Shown: positions 15,156-27,994 of the stretch, one piece after another
How the letters are laid out: each line of letters begins with the position of its first letter
How positions within the stretch are numbered: the first letter of the stretch is position 1
Source of the DNA: Antedon mediterranea
Lineage: Eukaryota > Animalia > Echinodermata
Direction: 5' to 3'
Assembly (NCBI RefSeq): GCF_964355755.1
Contig: NC_092672.1
Location: 36,090,437 to 36,154,436 of the forward strand
Length of the DNA stretch: 64,000 nucleotides
The notes under the pieces: model-generated
What the model was told of the DNA's origin: nothing
The model's input: only the letters and a program-made list of their open reading frames with translations
Databases searched by the model: none
Made by a program: the position numbers and the translations under genes

Positions 15156-16880
15156 CCAGAACAGAGAAAAATAAATAAATTAACATCCTGTTGATCGCAT
15201 GACCATGTGGCGTATTATAAGATAAAAAAAAATTAAAAATGTTATGTTATTAGGCTAATAACTTATACTAAACATATTCTTAGTAGAAAAATGACAGGAA
15301 AAAGCAGAACAAAGCAGGAATACTGTATAGTTAGTAGGCGCAGCTAGGCCTATAATACTTTATCAACCAATAATGTACGAATTAATGCTCTTAAGTCTTA
15401 TATTATATGGCGGAATTAACTATATCCACAGTAGCACAAATTTTCGTCTTCGTGGTTCGTTATGCCAAACATTAATTAAGTCAACAGTTAATCATAAATA
15501 AATAGTAAGTCTTAAATCTGCTGTTTCGAGCCTGTCTAGATTTATTTATTCCAATAGGCCTAACGTATTTTATATTTAATAGCCTGAATTTATTTTTTAT
15601 TCAGTGCAATTTTAAGTTTATAAACATTAACAAAATAAAAGAAATTACGATTCTAAAAATCAGTAGAAATATTCAATATATCATCTATAGGCTAATTGAA
15701 TTGTAATGATAAAATACCATTAGAAAATACCAAAAATATGATATTAAATAATGATAATATGATTTTATGGTGATGACTTAATGTGAATAAAAGTGGTGTT
15801 TAAGCCACAAAAGAGACAAGAGAGAGAAAAAAAAGAAAAATTTCAAACGAACTAAATCGTGTTAATAACCAGATTGCGCGAATAAAAAAATAAAGAGAAT
15901 CAATAGTTACATAAACGAAATAATAAACTCAAAAAATTTACATTCATACAAACAACCGTGAACATGTGTGGAAGACATAAAACGTTTGTAAAATTTTTAA
16001 TTCTTTTGATAAAAGTGCTCTTATAAAATGTGTGCCATCGACATGAGATCGAATAAATTATTGTAACAATACATTTTTGCTTAAACTACATCGAAATGTC
16101 TCATTTTAATCGTTATTTAGAAAAAAATATATATAGGCTTTATGGTCCTATAAACGGTTATAATTACGGAAATCTGTTTGAAATGCATATGTTTGCTTCC
16201 ATTTATTACACCCGTACATTAAAAGTACAACATGTATAAAAAAAATTGGTTTTATTTGTTATGAGCAATTATTTTGGCAACTAATTAAATAAGCATGGGT
16301 ATTCCTCCAAAATAGTAAATTGACCTTTGTTGAAGAAGAAAAACAAGAACGATGGCGCTCTCAACACCTTGGTATGTCGAAACATAAAAAAAATACGTAC
16401 GAATTATTAATTGAGAAGTTAATGAAGAAAGAAGTTTGGGACTGTAATGTTTAAAGCCGGTTCCTTATTCATCTTTCAGCATTCTTATAAATCTCTAGGC
16501 CGAAATTCTTTATAGGTACCTGGTCTAGAATAGTGTCGCCTAACGTACTTATTCTGTTTGCGGTGTGCAACTTTTAGCCCAGACTAATTGCTTTTGCAGA
16601 TGACCTATTATCAGAAAATGAGAGATTTAACAGCTACCTTGTATATAATTAGTTTTAGTGTTTACTTAAATGAAAAAAACAATATTATTTTGATGGTACT
16701 GTATCTTCTTGTTCTATAAAATAAGGAAGAGTCTCTTCCCTGGTTCTTAACAAGGAAAAATATTAGCTTATTATAAGCATTTTGCTACTGTGGCCTATTT
16801 TTTGATCAGGTATAACTTTTGTGGTAGAAATCGTTAGTAGGCTTATTGTAACGTGATTTATGGAACAAGTTTGTACAAAA

Positions 16881-18893
16881 TGTTGTTATTGTTAGTATTA
16901 GTAACAAGTTAAACTATATCTTGGTGTATCTGTTGATGCGCATTAAGAATACAAGGAAATGTTCATGTTGTTTTAAGATTTTACTATTCATTAACAAAAA
17001 ACAAATAGGCCTATTCAAGTTGAGTAAAACATTGAAAGTGTACCACTTTTTATTTTAATGTCAATATTTACCTTTTTGCGCGTGCGTTTATTGGTTGCAG
17101 TAAAATCAGACGATCATGTGTCAGTTTCTTTATTTAAATATCAATTGAAGGAAAACGTGGCGAAACTTTCTAAAATAATAGTTTGTCAGTCATAATAATA
17201 ATTTATTTTAAATAATAATGATAATAATAGCAAAAATGTTGACAATATTCATAATCATCATTATTGTATCATCTTTATGACCTTCCAGATCATCTTCTAT
17301 CATGACTCGCACGCACTCCTATCATCATCATTTTCATCATTTACATTATTTTTTTAATTTGGGCCTTCAATTTAGCAACACTTTATTTGTTATAGTTCTT
17401 TATTAAATTAGTAAGTAACGTGTGTAAAATGTTTTCAATTTCGTGTCATGAAATCCACACCACACGCATACAAAACGTGTCTGTTGCATCAATTTGCTTA
17501 TTCGAATGTAAAAGAATGTTGTTTTATGTTTCTCCAGGTTTATATCGTTTACCAGCTCCCATAATTCAATTCCTTAACGATGAAGTTACCATAAGTAGCG
17601 AGGGCTCCTGCATTACGACGCGCCGCGACGGTTGAGGGCGGCGAAGAGTTCATTACATTTTCTCCAAGGTTGATTTGACATTTTTTTTTTTTTTCAGCAG
17701 GAGTATAAATAACTAAATTATGTTGTTATTGTTAGTATTAGTAACAAGTTAAACTATATCTTGGTGTATCTGTTGATGCGCATTAAGAATACAAGGAAAT
17801 GTTCATGTTGTTTTAAGATTTTACTATTCATTAACAAAAAACAAATAGGCCTATTCAAGTTGAGTAAAACATTGAAAGTGTACCACTTTTTATTTTAATG
17901 TCAATATTTACCTTTTTGCGCGTGCGTTTATTGGTTGCAGTAAAATCAGACGATCATGTTTTTGTAAGCTTTTCGCTTATTGTTCATTTTCGCATTTGAC
18001 AGGCCAGACCTTCGTCCAAACTAGCTCTGATTTACGCTTCAATTTGTCGATGGACCCTAGGGCCAAACTATAGACACTCCAAAACTTTATGAAACACGCA
18101 ATTTATGGGCATGAAACAAACTACTCAAATTCCCTGTGGTGGCTGGAATTTCAGCCAGGTGCCCCGGATGACAATTTATGACAAATAGTGCAAAGAATGA
18201 CGGGAAATGTTTACGGTACATAACTTGTGTGAAACTTTCTAGCTTCACTGGCAATGACGTATTTATATTTTACTTTCGTCGCTAAATGTGTGTCAGTTTC
18301 TTTATTTAAATATCAATTGAAGGAAAACGTGGCGAAACTTTCTAAAATAATAGTTTGTCAGTCATAATAATAATTTATTTTAAATAATAATGATAATAAT
18401 AGCAAAAATGTTGACAATATTCATAATCATCATTATTGTATCATCTTTATGACCTTCCAGATCATCTTCTATCATGACTCGCACGCACTCCTATCATCAT
18501 CATTTTCATCATTTACATTATTTTTTTAATTTGGGCCTTCAATTTAGCAACACTTTATTTGTTATAGTTCTTTATTAAATTAGTAAGTAACGTGTGTAAA
18601 ATGTTTTCAATTTCGTGTCATGAAATCCACACCACACGCATACAAAACGTGTCTGTTGCATCAATTTGCTTATTCGAATGTAAAAGAATGTTGTTTTATG
18701 TTTCTCCAGGTTTATATCGTTTACCAGCTCCCATAATTCAATTCCTTAACGATGAAGTTACCATAAGTAGCGAGGGCTCCTGCATTACGACGCGCCGCGA
18801 CGGTTGAGGGCGGCGAAGAGTTCATTACATTTTCTCCAAGGTTGATTTGACATTTTTTGTTTTTTTTCAGCAGGAGTATAAATAACTAAATTA
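16881..18893. repeat. Near-identical tandem segmental duplication: copy 1 16881-17720 (840 bp), copy 2 17721-18893 with an extra 332 bp at ~17960-18291
   Basis: Offset between copies is 840 before the indel and 1172 after it. The identical 71-aa ORFs at 17420 and 18592 confirm this. Only the poly-T tract differs visibly. Confidence 0.95.
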
Positions 18894-19768
18894 TAGAGTG
18901 TTATAATACGCGGCGTAGTAGAGTACGCGCAATGCAAGTGACCAATCAAACCCATTTTTTACTACAATATAGGTAATATGCCTAAATATGCTAATATGGC
19001 TAAATATGGTAATATGCCAACGCTAACATTGTGCATTCTAAATAGAAAGTGATCCTGGTCAGCTATATGAGAATAACATTGTTTTTAATGTATTAATATT
19101 TTTCCGGGGAGGCTTTCTTTAGCATCAGGATGTACTGGTTAAAGCATGGAAAGTTCAATGCCAATAATAATACGTACAGAATATATTGGTCGTTAACAGA
19201 GCGAAGAAGTTGATTTACTCTACCAACCGTTTACTTTATACTAACTTTCCTTTGTACTTAATGCAATATTTATAGTCTTAAAAGTTGAATTATATCTAAT
19301 AAATTAGGAAGTAAACGATAGTAAACAGTATAGGTCCAGTAGTTCAATGATCGAGGTATCTAGTCCCGGTGGTGGATCAACTGGGACCCATCACGCATCA
19401 TGAGACCCCTTCAGATTACATTCAGTATCGTGTTCATTCTTTTGTGTTAATACACATTACATTTACTATGAATTTCCACAGTCGTGGTGTCGTTAACATT
19501 CTAAACAGCTGTGAAAGATAACGATCACAAATATCTACTTTGATTTCGAGAAAAAAAAATTATAAACATACAACAACTATCATTTTAAAATAGGCCTATT
19601 TTGACAAGAATTACGACGACTGCTCCGTGTTGGCGGTATACCTGCAAACTGTCGTAAATAACAAATCTTTCAGTTTAATACAACTCGTAAATTTCACAAC
19701 TAAATATGGAACAAAAGTAAATAGGTTTAATATTTAATAGTGTTTAAATTGTTACTGATCGGTGTTAT

Positions 19769-19900
19769 TTCAGACCCGTGTGAGTCCACCTTTAAACGAG
19801 TTAAGTACGTGGCTAACTATCAGTTTATCTTACTTCAGACCCGTCTGAGTCCACCTTTAAACGAGTTAAGTACGTGGCTAACTATCAGTTTATCTTACTT
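19769..19900. repeat. 65-bp tandem duplication (2 copies)
   Basis: TTCAGACCCGT(G/C)TGAGTCCACCTTTAAACGAGTTAAGTACGTGGCTAACTATCAGTTTATCTTAC occurs twice. Confidence 0.9.
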
Positions 19901-20199
19901 TTCCCAGTATTTTTACATGGTGTTGATTTTCACAACACAGAACACGATGATTGACCCCGACCTGGCCAATTTCATCCGGAAAGTGACCAAGACTGACCGA
20001 GGAAAAGTCAAGTATAAATTCGCGTGTGAATTTGCACCACAGAGGGCGAAAGTCGTCTGTATATTCGGACTTTGGCCTCCAGGTTGAAAGGTGACCGCTA
20101 TCGTTGAGTGATCGTTTTGGTTATTGAAATGTGACGTCAACATCTGGGTCTTGGAAATGAAATAAATAAGCTTATAATATCCAGCATTAAGTATGTTAA

Positions 20200-20371
20200 A
20201 GATGTTTTTTCCCCAAAAAAACTTGAAAAATGAAGATTAATAAAATCATACTTCGAATAGATCCTTTTTCAGTTATATAATAAAGTTATTAATTTCCGTA
20301 AAACAAAAAACAAGCAAAAATTCCTCAAAGTGAATAGGATGATTCATAAAACAAAAAGGGACAATATATCT
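20200..20371. mobile_element. TTAA-flanked non-autonomous DNA transposon (Kolobok-like MITE family C), short copy
   Basis: TTAA|AGATGTTTTTTCCCC...GGGACAATATATCT|TTAA. The internal GAAAAATGAAGATTAATAAAATCA segment is shared with 56228 and 58229. Confidence 0.7.
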
Positions 20372-20619
20372 TTAATAAAACAAGACACATCATGTGCTAA
20401 ATTTCTTTTTCACAATATTCAGCAATGTTCGAAATACATTCTTTATACAGACTATTCCATTTTCACAAAATTTAAAAATGAATTAAAATATTTATATAAT
20501 ACGGCTATCGTCTGAATCTTGCATCATATTAACATAATTGAATTAGGCAATGTATTATGCCTGACTGTGTAAATTAGAAAAGTTTTCTGTCACAAGAGGG
20601 CGGTTGTTAATTTACATAA

Positions 20620-20870
20620 TTGTTGTACGCGCATGTTAACACTCTTGTACGCGCATGTCCACACTCTCGTTGTACGTGTATGTCCACACTCTTGTTGTAC
20701 GCGCATGTTAACACTCTTGTTGTACGCGCATGTCCACACTCTCGTTGTACGCGCATGTCCACACTCTTGTTGTACGCGCATGTTAACACTCTTGTTGTAC
20801 GCGCATGTCAACACTCCTGTTGTACGCGCATGTCCACACTCTTGTTGTACGCGCATGTCCACGCTCTCGT
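20620..20870. repeat. 25-bp minisatellite, ~10 copies
   Basis: Unit TTGTTGTACGCGCATGT(TA/CC)ACACTC; it explains four overlapping repetitive ORFs. Confidence 0.95.
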
Positions 20871-21547
20871 CGTCTATCCTTGTCTGAACACGAACGTTTA
20901 TTAAATTAAAAATATGGATCAAATTAGATACTTGTTTTTTGTTTACATAAATACTGTAGTGTTAGGTCACTATTAATTTATTCACATGAAAACAACTTTA
21001 TTATTATTTATTATACGTACCTCATTCTCGGTCTAAAAGGTTAATCTGTGTAAGTCTGTACTAAAACAGCCTCATAAACTATCATAATTAATAAGCCGCG
21101 CGAGGTATTGAAGGTATTTACTAATTTATTCTAAACCAATGTTAATCATACACTGCGTGTTATTCAGACTTTTTATTGGTGTTAAGTCTAAAGTTGTTGT
21201 TTTCGTCGAAATAACTTTAGGCATTGATTTATATAAATATTTTTTATTGTTGTCCTTTATCTAAATTGTATTTGATTTGATTATATCTTTTGCAGCAATG
21301 TCATTTCAGTTTAATTCTCTTTTACGTTTTGTACGGTACTATCCTATTCTTTCATGATAACAGCATATAAGTGATAAGTAGATATTCCAAAAATGTAGCC
21401 CTATAATAAATATACATTAAATTATATATGGCCTATGAGTTCATTGGTGTACATTGTCATGTAATAGGCTATTTCCACTACAGTGACAATGTTTTTGTTC
21501 ATCTAGTATAGGGTAAGAGAGATCAAGTTATATGTTCATTATGTATT

Positions 21548-21862
21548 ATAATAATAATAATACCACATTTATGTAGCGCCCTTTTCATGAGTAATCATGC
21601 TCAAAGGCGCTTTACAAGCATTATTACCCCAGTATTTTTTTGGTATCAAACACGTATGGAAACATACTCCCATAATGCAGCCGGTAACCAGCGCAAAGTT
21701 GTGTCTAGATCTAACTGGGTACCCATTTATACACCTGGGTGGAGAGAGGCAACGTAAGTAAAGTATCTTGCCTACGGATACAAGCAATGCGGCGAGAGTT
21801 GGATTCGAACCTAGGTCTGACGATCGGTAGTCCAACGTCCAACACGCTGCGCCACACGCCCT
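21548..21862 (-). mobile_element. tRNA-derived SINE with CORE/Meta-like central segment and L2-type tail
   Basis: Minus strand shows an A box (TGGCGCAGCGTG), a B box (GGTTCGAATCC, 21801-21811) and a central GGCAAGATACTT...CCTCTCTCCACCCAGGTGTATAAATGGGTACC. The tail is TGTAAAGCGCCTTTGAG...AAGGGCGCTACATAAAT followed by (ATT)n. Confidence 0.88.
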
Positions 21863-24091
21863 TAGCATTATACACTTTTTTTATGTATTGGAAAAGTTTT
21901 TAACAACACAATACAAAAATATATACCTTCTTTGATCCAGTATATATCGGCCAAATAGACGTCTGAAATACAGTATTCACCTAAATACTATATTGCGTTC
22001 GTACCGTTGATATGCGTGCCGCGCCATAATACACCCTCATTTACATATTTATACCCATATTAGAAAAAAAAAAGCACGATGTGTAAAATCTGGTGAAATA
22101 AACTGAATATTGCAAATGTGTTGTTTATTGAAAGTTTTTCGTCATTTTAAAGAGCATACAGGTGGTAACAAACTATTCAGATAATCTTTAATTTATTCAT
22201 TTATTCAAATTTGTTAACAGGTGGTTTTAGTATTTTTTAATAGCACAGACAACAAACTGGATTACATAATAATTATTCAACATATTAGTACAGTTCCAAT
22301 GTTTAAACATGTTTTAACATTCTTTTTCATAAACCTTTTCTTTTTCGTTTCTTTCATATGGTCGTGTTACATACATTATTATACTGTAAAATATTCCTTT
22401 TGAACAGAAAATATCAAAACACCTAATACAGATATTGCTTTATTTTACGACAAAATATCGACAGTTTTACGAACTTAATAACGCTAGAAGTTAGAGAACA
22501 AACACAGAATCAAACGCTGGCGTTAAATCTTAACAGTTGCCGAGATCTCTGATGTACGAGTCCAGCAAGACGTTGTGTATCCATTTCTAAGTAAATTAAA
22601 TAAAACATTCAATTTATTGCCTGGTGATATTTCTCTGACTAAGTAGACTTATTATCCAATGAGATACGAATGAAGTATGAAAAACTAACAGGTCTGTAAT
22701 TATCTCGACTTATGTGTAAATTAGAAACAAAAACCGTTTGTGTTTGTAATTGACTGGGAAGATAAATTTACGACGCGTCGAGCGTGCAAAACACGCAGCG
22801 AACAGACGACGTTTTGTATACGCGCTCAGTAATATTATTTACGAGTTTGAGAACATTATTCAACGACACCCATGTGAATGCAAAATGCTATTTAGCAAAT
22901 TTACCGACATATTTTACAGTAACGTTTTGAGAAACGTCAAGAATAAGCAAAACAATTAACCGTGTGTGACGTTTAAATGAAACAAGAATAAGGAAAATTT
23001 ATTTTGCTATCAGAAAGTGGATTTTAACATGATTTCTTGTGTACTACTGGTGATAAATCAGCCTGAGTACTAACTAAGCAGCGCTGAACTAAGTCCCATT
23101 ATTCTATAATAATCTTGAAAACGATTAAACGCTAATCTGCGTGGCAATAATTTACGCGCTGACGTAACGTTAACCGGCCCTTTAGAGCGCACACTTAACT
23201 TAAGCAAAGATTTCTTCATTTCAGTCAATCTTATATCAAGAACCATTATAAAAAGAATTCCGAATAAAATACAGTACATTTTAAGGTGAGGCCTAAAACG
23301 TGACAACTATTTCAGCTTTTAAAGCTGATAAATAAAGTTTGATAGACTCCTACCAGGCGTTTCAACTGCCAATTTAATAAAACGTCTGGCACTGAATTGT
23401 TGGTTGTTACTATAGTGAGTTTGAACTGGCCTGTGACGATCAGCAACCGATTGCCGTCACTGAAAAACTAAAACCACGAAGACAAATAATTAATTAATGT
23501 AGCGACACTTGGTAACACTTCATGTAAACGTAATTATTTTTCATTAGGGGACTTTAATAAACCACCGAGGTAATCGTGCAAACACCAAGCGGCTCCGGTA
23601 GCCTTCTTACTAGTACGATCCAAATATAGGACTATTCGTACTAGGGGTACTGCTACATCATTTCGATCCCAGCAATCAGCTCAGCAGCTTGCGTGTAACC
23701 TGAACCATTTTTTAGGCCTACTCTTGGGGTTCCCTCTCACCTGGGCCAAAACAAGTTGCCCTGTTTGGTTAAGCGTCCGTCTGGGTGGTTAATAGTTTAG
23801 CTATATTGCATGTCTCTACAAATTATTCCATCAAATTACGAACAGTAGCAAGGCTGGCATCGTTAATTTCGTTAATATAGCCTTTTTTTAATAATGTTTA
23901 TGCTGCGTGCGTACATGCGCAGTGTGGTCTGCCTCCTGTGCGCTGCATGTCGGCTAATGATGTGAGTTTTTTGTCGCCAAAGGCAATATTTCGCACCTCC
24001 ACATCCTTAGTAGATTAGTAAGGTCGACCCCTGTAGATTTACCTTTCAACAATCTGATCAAATGTCAACTGCCTTCATTGGTATGTTTTAC

Positions 24092-24132
24092 CATGGAGGT
24101 ATATATTTTTGTATATTTTTTATACCTCCATG
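24092..24132. mobile_element. 41-bp hairpin CATGGAGGTATA...TATACCTCCATG with 7-bp TSD (P-superfamily-like footprint or mini-element)
   Basis: 12-bp perfect inverted arms; GTTTTAC is duplicated at 24085-24091 and 24133-24139. Confidence 0.75.
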
Positions 24133-24318
24133 GTTTTACTATCACGATCAATGATTCCTCTGCCTTCAGATATTTAGAAAAATGTGTTTATAGATAAGAA
24201 AGATTAATTATACTATTGTGTTCCGCGTTATAAAATCAATACATCTGGGTGATCTGATTTGTTTACACTTGATAGAATAAACGCCCAAAGTTTAAGTCTT
24301 AAGTATTATTTGTATGAT

Positions 24319-24325
24319 CATGGAG
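24319..24325. mobile_element. 7-bp remnant CATGGAG between GTATGAT direct repeats (transposon footprint)
   Basis: GTATGAT-CATGGAG-GTATGAT at 24312-24332. The paralogous site at 27136-27142 has a single GTATGAT. Confidence 0.7.
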
Positions 24326-24503
24326 GTATGATATGAATAACAAACAATTACTTGTATTAATAGCCAACTGTTTTTTATGGAACAATAAATTCCAACCAAA
24401 GAAATGAAATGAGTGCAAAGTGCATTCGGTTGTTGGGCTGTAGAATGACAAGAAGGATTTTAAGTGAATATCAAAAACTACAGTATTAAAACAAATACCA
24501 AAT

Positions 24504-26508
24504 ATGGAAGACAGCAACACTAACTATCAATTGCTTGAAGAGCTTACCGACGCAGTAATTGAATTCCATAGTTGTTGCAGACAACCTAAGCTTTGCAGTA
24601 ACATGATACTGATAGAACAGGAAATCATGGACAGTGGGCTGGGATACGGCCCGTTTCGCACCCCCAAAATATATGCAGTTGGAAGTAGGTGTGAAGGTAT
24701 GCCTGACCATGTGTGTAACGACTTTGATCTAATGGCAACACTACAAGGTATAATGCCACAAGATCCCATTATTTTATGGTCGCAGAACGAAGAACACAAA
24801 ATGCAAAGATACTTTGTTGCTGAATTTATTTCAGAAGACCCAGTTTATATGAAGCTTAGGGCAAGCAAGCACTTCAAACAAACACTCTTTGGTCCCGATA
24901 GCATAGCAATTGATAATGACGGATACATGAAGACCGATATGTATAATGAAATAGTCAAGAGAATACCGTTTATTGAAATGCATGGCCCGGCACTTGTATG
25001 CAATGACCATGGAAATGCATTGCGAATGATTGATTTTGTACTTTGTTATAAATGTCAGTCATGGCCGTCAATTATTTCAAGAGAAAGAGACCGACTAACT
25101 GGCCATCACAAGAGCTATTACAAATGATATTACTTTCGGATTGTTTTGCCGTTCCAGTTGGACGCTATGGGAGTTCATCAAAAGATATTGAATGGAGACT
25201 ATCATTTTCTGTAGCTGAAAAAAAACTAATTAACAATTTGAACGAACCTTTTCTATAGATGTCTGTTTGTTTTAAAAGCACTTAAGAACAGATATATTGA
25301 TAATACCTGCAAACCAACGCCATTTTGTTCTTATTTCATAAAAACTGCGTGCTTATGGATGTGTGAAACAATTGAACACAATCATGGGTTTGATAAGAAC
25401 TGTATTAAACTGGCTCATAAACTGCTACACACGTAAATATCTTCCACATTATTTTGTTCCTCAACAAAATCTCATTAGTCATTTGTCAGAAGAATGCTGT
25501 GACCATGTAATAGAAGATTTGACAATGCTAAAAAGAGATCTCTGGGTAGTGGTGATGTCAAGTGTTATTGAGTGCCCTCAGGTGAAAATTGTCATCGGTG
25601 ATAAATGTGTGATAACCTGAAGATCACATGATTATGATTTTGATTACACAGCCATGAAAACAAACATATTGAAACACACTACAGCTGAAACATATATTTT
25701 ACAAGCGATTTTACAGTTACGACCTGGAAGTAGATTTTATGATATCTATGAGCATTTGGAAGTATCGAGGCTATAGCTAGTGGAGGCCTACATGATGGAT
25801 TTGTTTCCTTATCATTGACTAATACTGCCGACGAAATTGGCAACCACCCGAAAATACTTGACCGTGTTAAGCGGATTGCAGAAAATATTCATAAAATAGT
25901 GCCAGGAGGCTTCGGAAAATCATCAAAACAGAGTCTCTATCGGTATTTAGGTGATCTGTTGATTTCCTTTATTGTCCGTTTTGAAAAAGAATTTCCCCGT
26001 TCAGATTTAAATCCCTACCTGGGCAAACCACTGCATTATTACAAATTAGGAAGTGAAATGGTCTTTCCTAATGGATGGAGTGACAATGGTATCGGCGGCA
26101 GAACTCTGTTTGAAATACCATTATTTAATGGGAAATTATGGAGAAGTAAATGAACTACTTGAAATTGTTGTACCAAACATCATTTTCGAAGTAGAGGAAA
26201 ATAAAGAGTTGATATCAAAACTTCCTAATATAGTTATACATTCGGAAGACTTTTCAATTCGTTCGACGTTCAAAAATTACAGGTTACAGCAACAGATCGA
26301 ACTCGACACTATCTATCGGCTACATCCAGTTGCATTCGTCTTTTATTTAAAGGCATTAGTATCTTTTAAAGAGAGAGACATAGACAATGCTTATACTTTC
26401 ATTAAACACATTTATGAATTGTTGGAAATTATTAAACATAATAAGCCTACATGGCGTTCCACTTCAATATTACTTACAATGACTTCCGCATGCGATATAC
26501 GTACCTGA
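24504..26508 (+). pseudogene. Frameshifted cGAS-like receptor (cGLR/Mab-21 family) paralog
   Basis: ORF pieces at 24504, 25052, 25363, 25815 and 26053 align collinearly to the 702-aa ORF in changing frames. Indels lie near 25075, 25251, 25384, 25604-25625, 25774 and 26100. GSRCEG..NDFD..HGPA..IDFV is retained in the first piece. Confidence 0.9.
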
Positions 26509-27052
26509 AAAAGCAGCGTCTCATGAGGGGGATTGTTCAATTACACCTTATATCGCAAGCTCATCATATCATAAGATAGGAGTAATTCCTGCTGGATACA
26601 TTTTTTTCATTTACATGTGTGAATTTTTCATCTTCCGAACGATCACTGGTTTCACAGTTATACCTGTAAGCTGATTTTACGTCCGAACACAGCTAAAGTG
26701 TTCTTTGGTACGGATGAACTAGTCCTAAGCCTACTCTGTATCGGAGTTAAAGGATATGCACTGATTCTAGTCTTTAATAAAAACAAAATGGGAAAATCGA
26801 TGGTTTTTATTTGTTGGGCTTTGAACGCTTTAAATTGCTTAACTGTATACGGACAACATCTTTTCCCAGATATTTTGTATTCAAATTCTTATTCTCTCGC
26901 GATGCCATTTGGGTAACCCGAATTTTTCCCGCAATACGGTTTATCCTACAAAATCCTTATTCCTCTACCGTCAGATATTTAGAAAAATGTGTTTAGATAA
27001 GAAAGATTAATTATACTATTGTGTTCCGTATTATGAAATAAATACATCTGGG

Positions 27053-27066
27053 CATGGAGGTATATG
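27053..27066. mobile_element. 14-bp remnant CATGGAGGTATATG between ATCTGGG direct repeats (transposon footprint)
   Basis: ATCTGGG occurs at 27046-27052 and 27067-27073. The paralogous site at 24243-24249 has a single ATCTGGG. Confidence 0.75.
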
Positions 27067-27994
27067 ATCTGGGTGATCTGATTTGTTTACACTTGATAGA
27101 ATAAACGCCCAAAGTTTAAGTCTGAAGTATTATTTGTATGATATGAATAACAAAGAATTACTTTTATAAATACCAAACTGTTTTTTATGGAACAATAAAT
27201 TCAAACCAAAGAAACAATGAAATGAGTGCAAAGTGCATTCGGTTGTTGTGTCTGTAGAATGACAAGAAGGATTTTAAGTGAATATCAAAAACTACAGTAT
27301 TTATTATGTAAAGTATTGAAATACGTAATTGTAGAGGGAGCTAGATATTTGGTAGGCATGACCTTTAGCATATGTAATTAGAGGAGGAAGAAGGAGAAAG
27401 GTGGTATATGGTTAAAAGTGTTCATAAGTTTCGGTACGTTAATTTATGATTCTATTTGACAACTAGGCCTGTGTTAATATCGTTTTTCTAATTACCAACT
27501 GCAATGCAGTCTCAAAAGCTAGGCTAGTAGGCCTTATGGCCTACAGTAGTTACAGAACAGTGTTGTTGAACTTGAGGATACGCTCATCATACGTTATAAC
27601 TTGTTTATGGCGTTATGCCGAGATCATATATTGTTGTTAGTTAAATCTTTATAGTCAATATATGATTTGAGTTGCCTAGGCGGTTATATACTACAAACAA
27701 ATTAATACTAGTAGTACTGCTGCTATATAAATAGTGTATTCTCCATTGACATTTTGTCAATCAATTAGCTATACTTGGTGCATGGAGAACAGCTTGACTC
27801 TGATCCTTTGTATAGAATAGGCTAATCTGTTTGTTATTGTTTATTATTGTTTTAGAAACGTCTTTTAGTCAATATACGCAAGTTAAAGGATACAAATAAA
27901 GATACGTTAGAAGATTTTAATTTTGAATTATGATGAATCGTTATCTGCTTTGACTTTGCCTGTACACTCTTACATATTAAAATAAATACCAACT

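Noticed and set aside
17420-18807. Duplicated 71-aa ORF or exon after TTTCTCCAG
   Set aside because: GTG start, no recognisable domain, and all three frames after the putative acceptor hit stops.
20590-20922. Four overlapping Cys/His-rich repetitive ORFs
   Set aside because: Artefact of a stop-free 25-bp minisatellite open on both strands.
21790-21862. tRNA gene
   Set aside because: A and B boxes are present, but the sequence continues into a SINE body and tail; no convincing cloverleaf.
21569-21868. 99-aa ORF
   Set aside because: It is a chance reading frame through the SINE.
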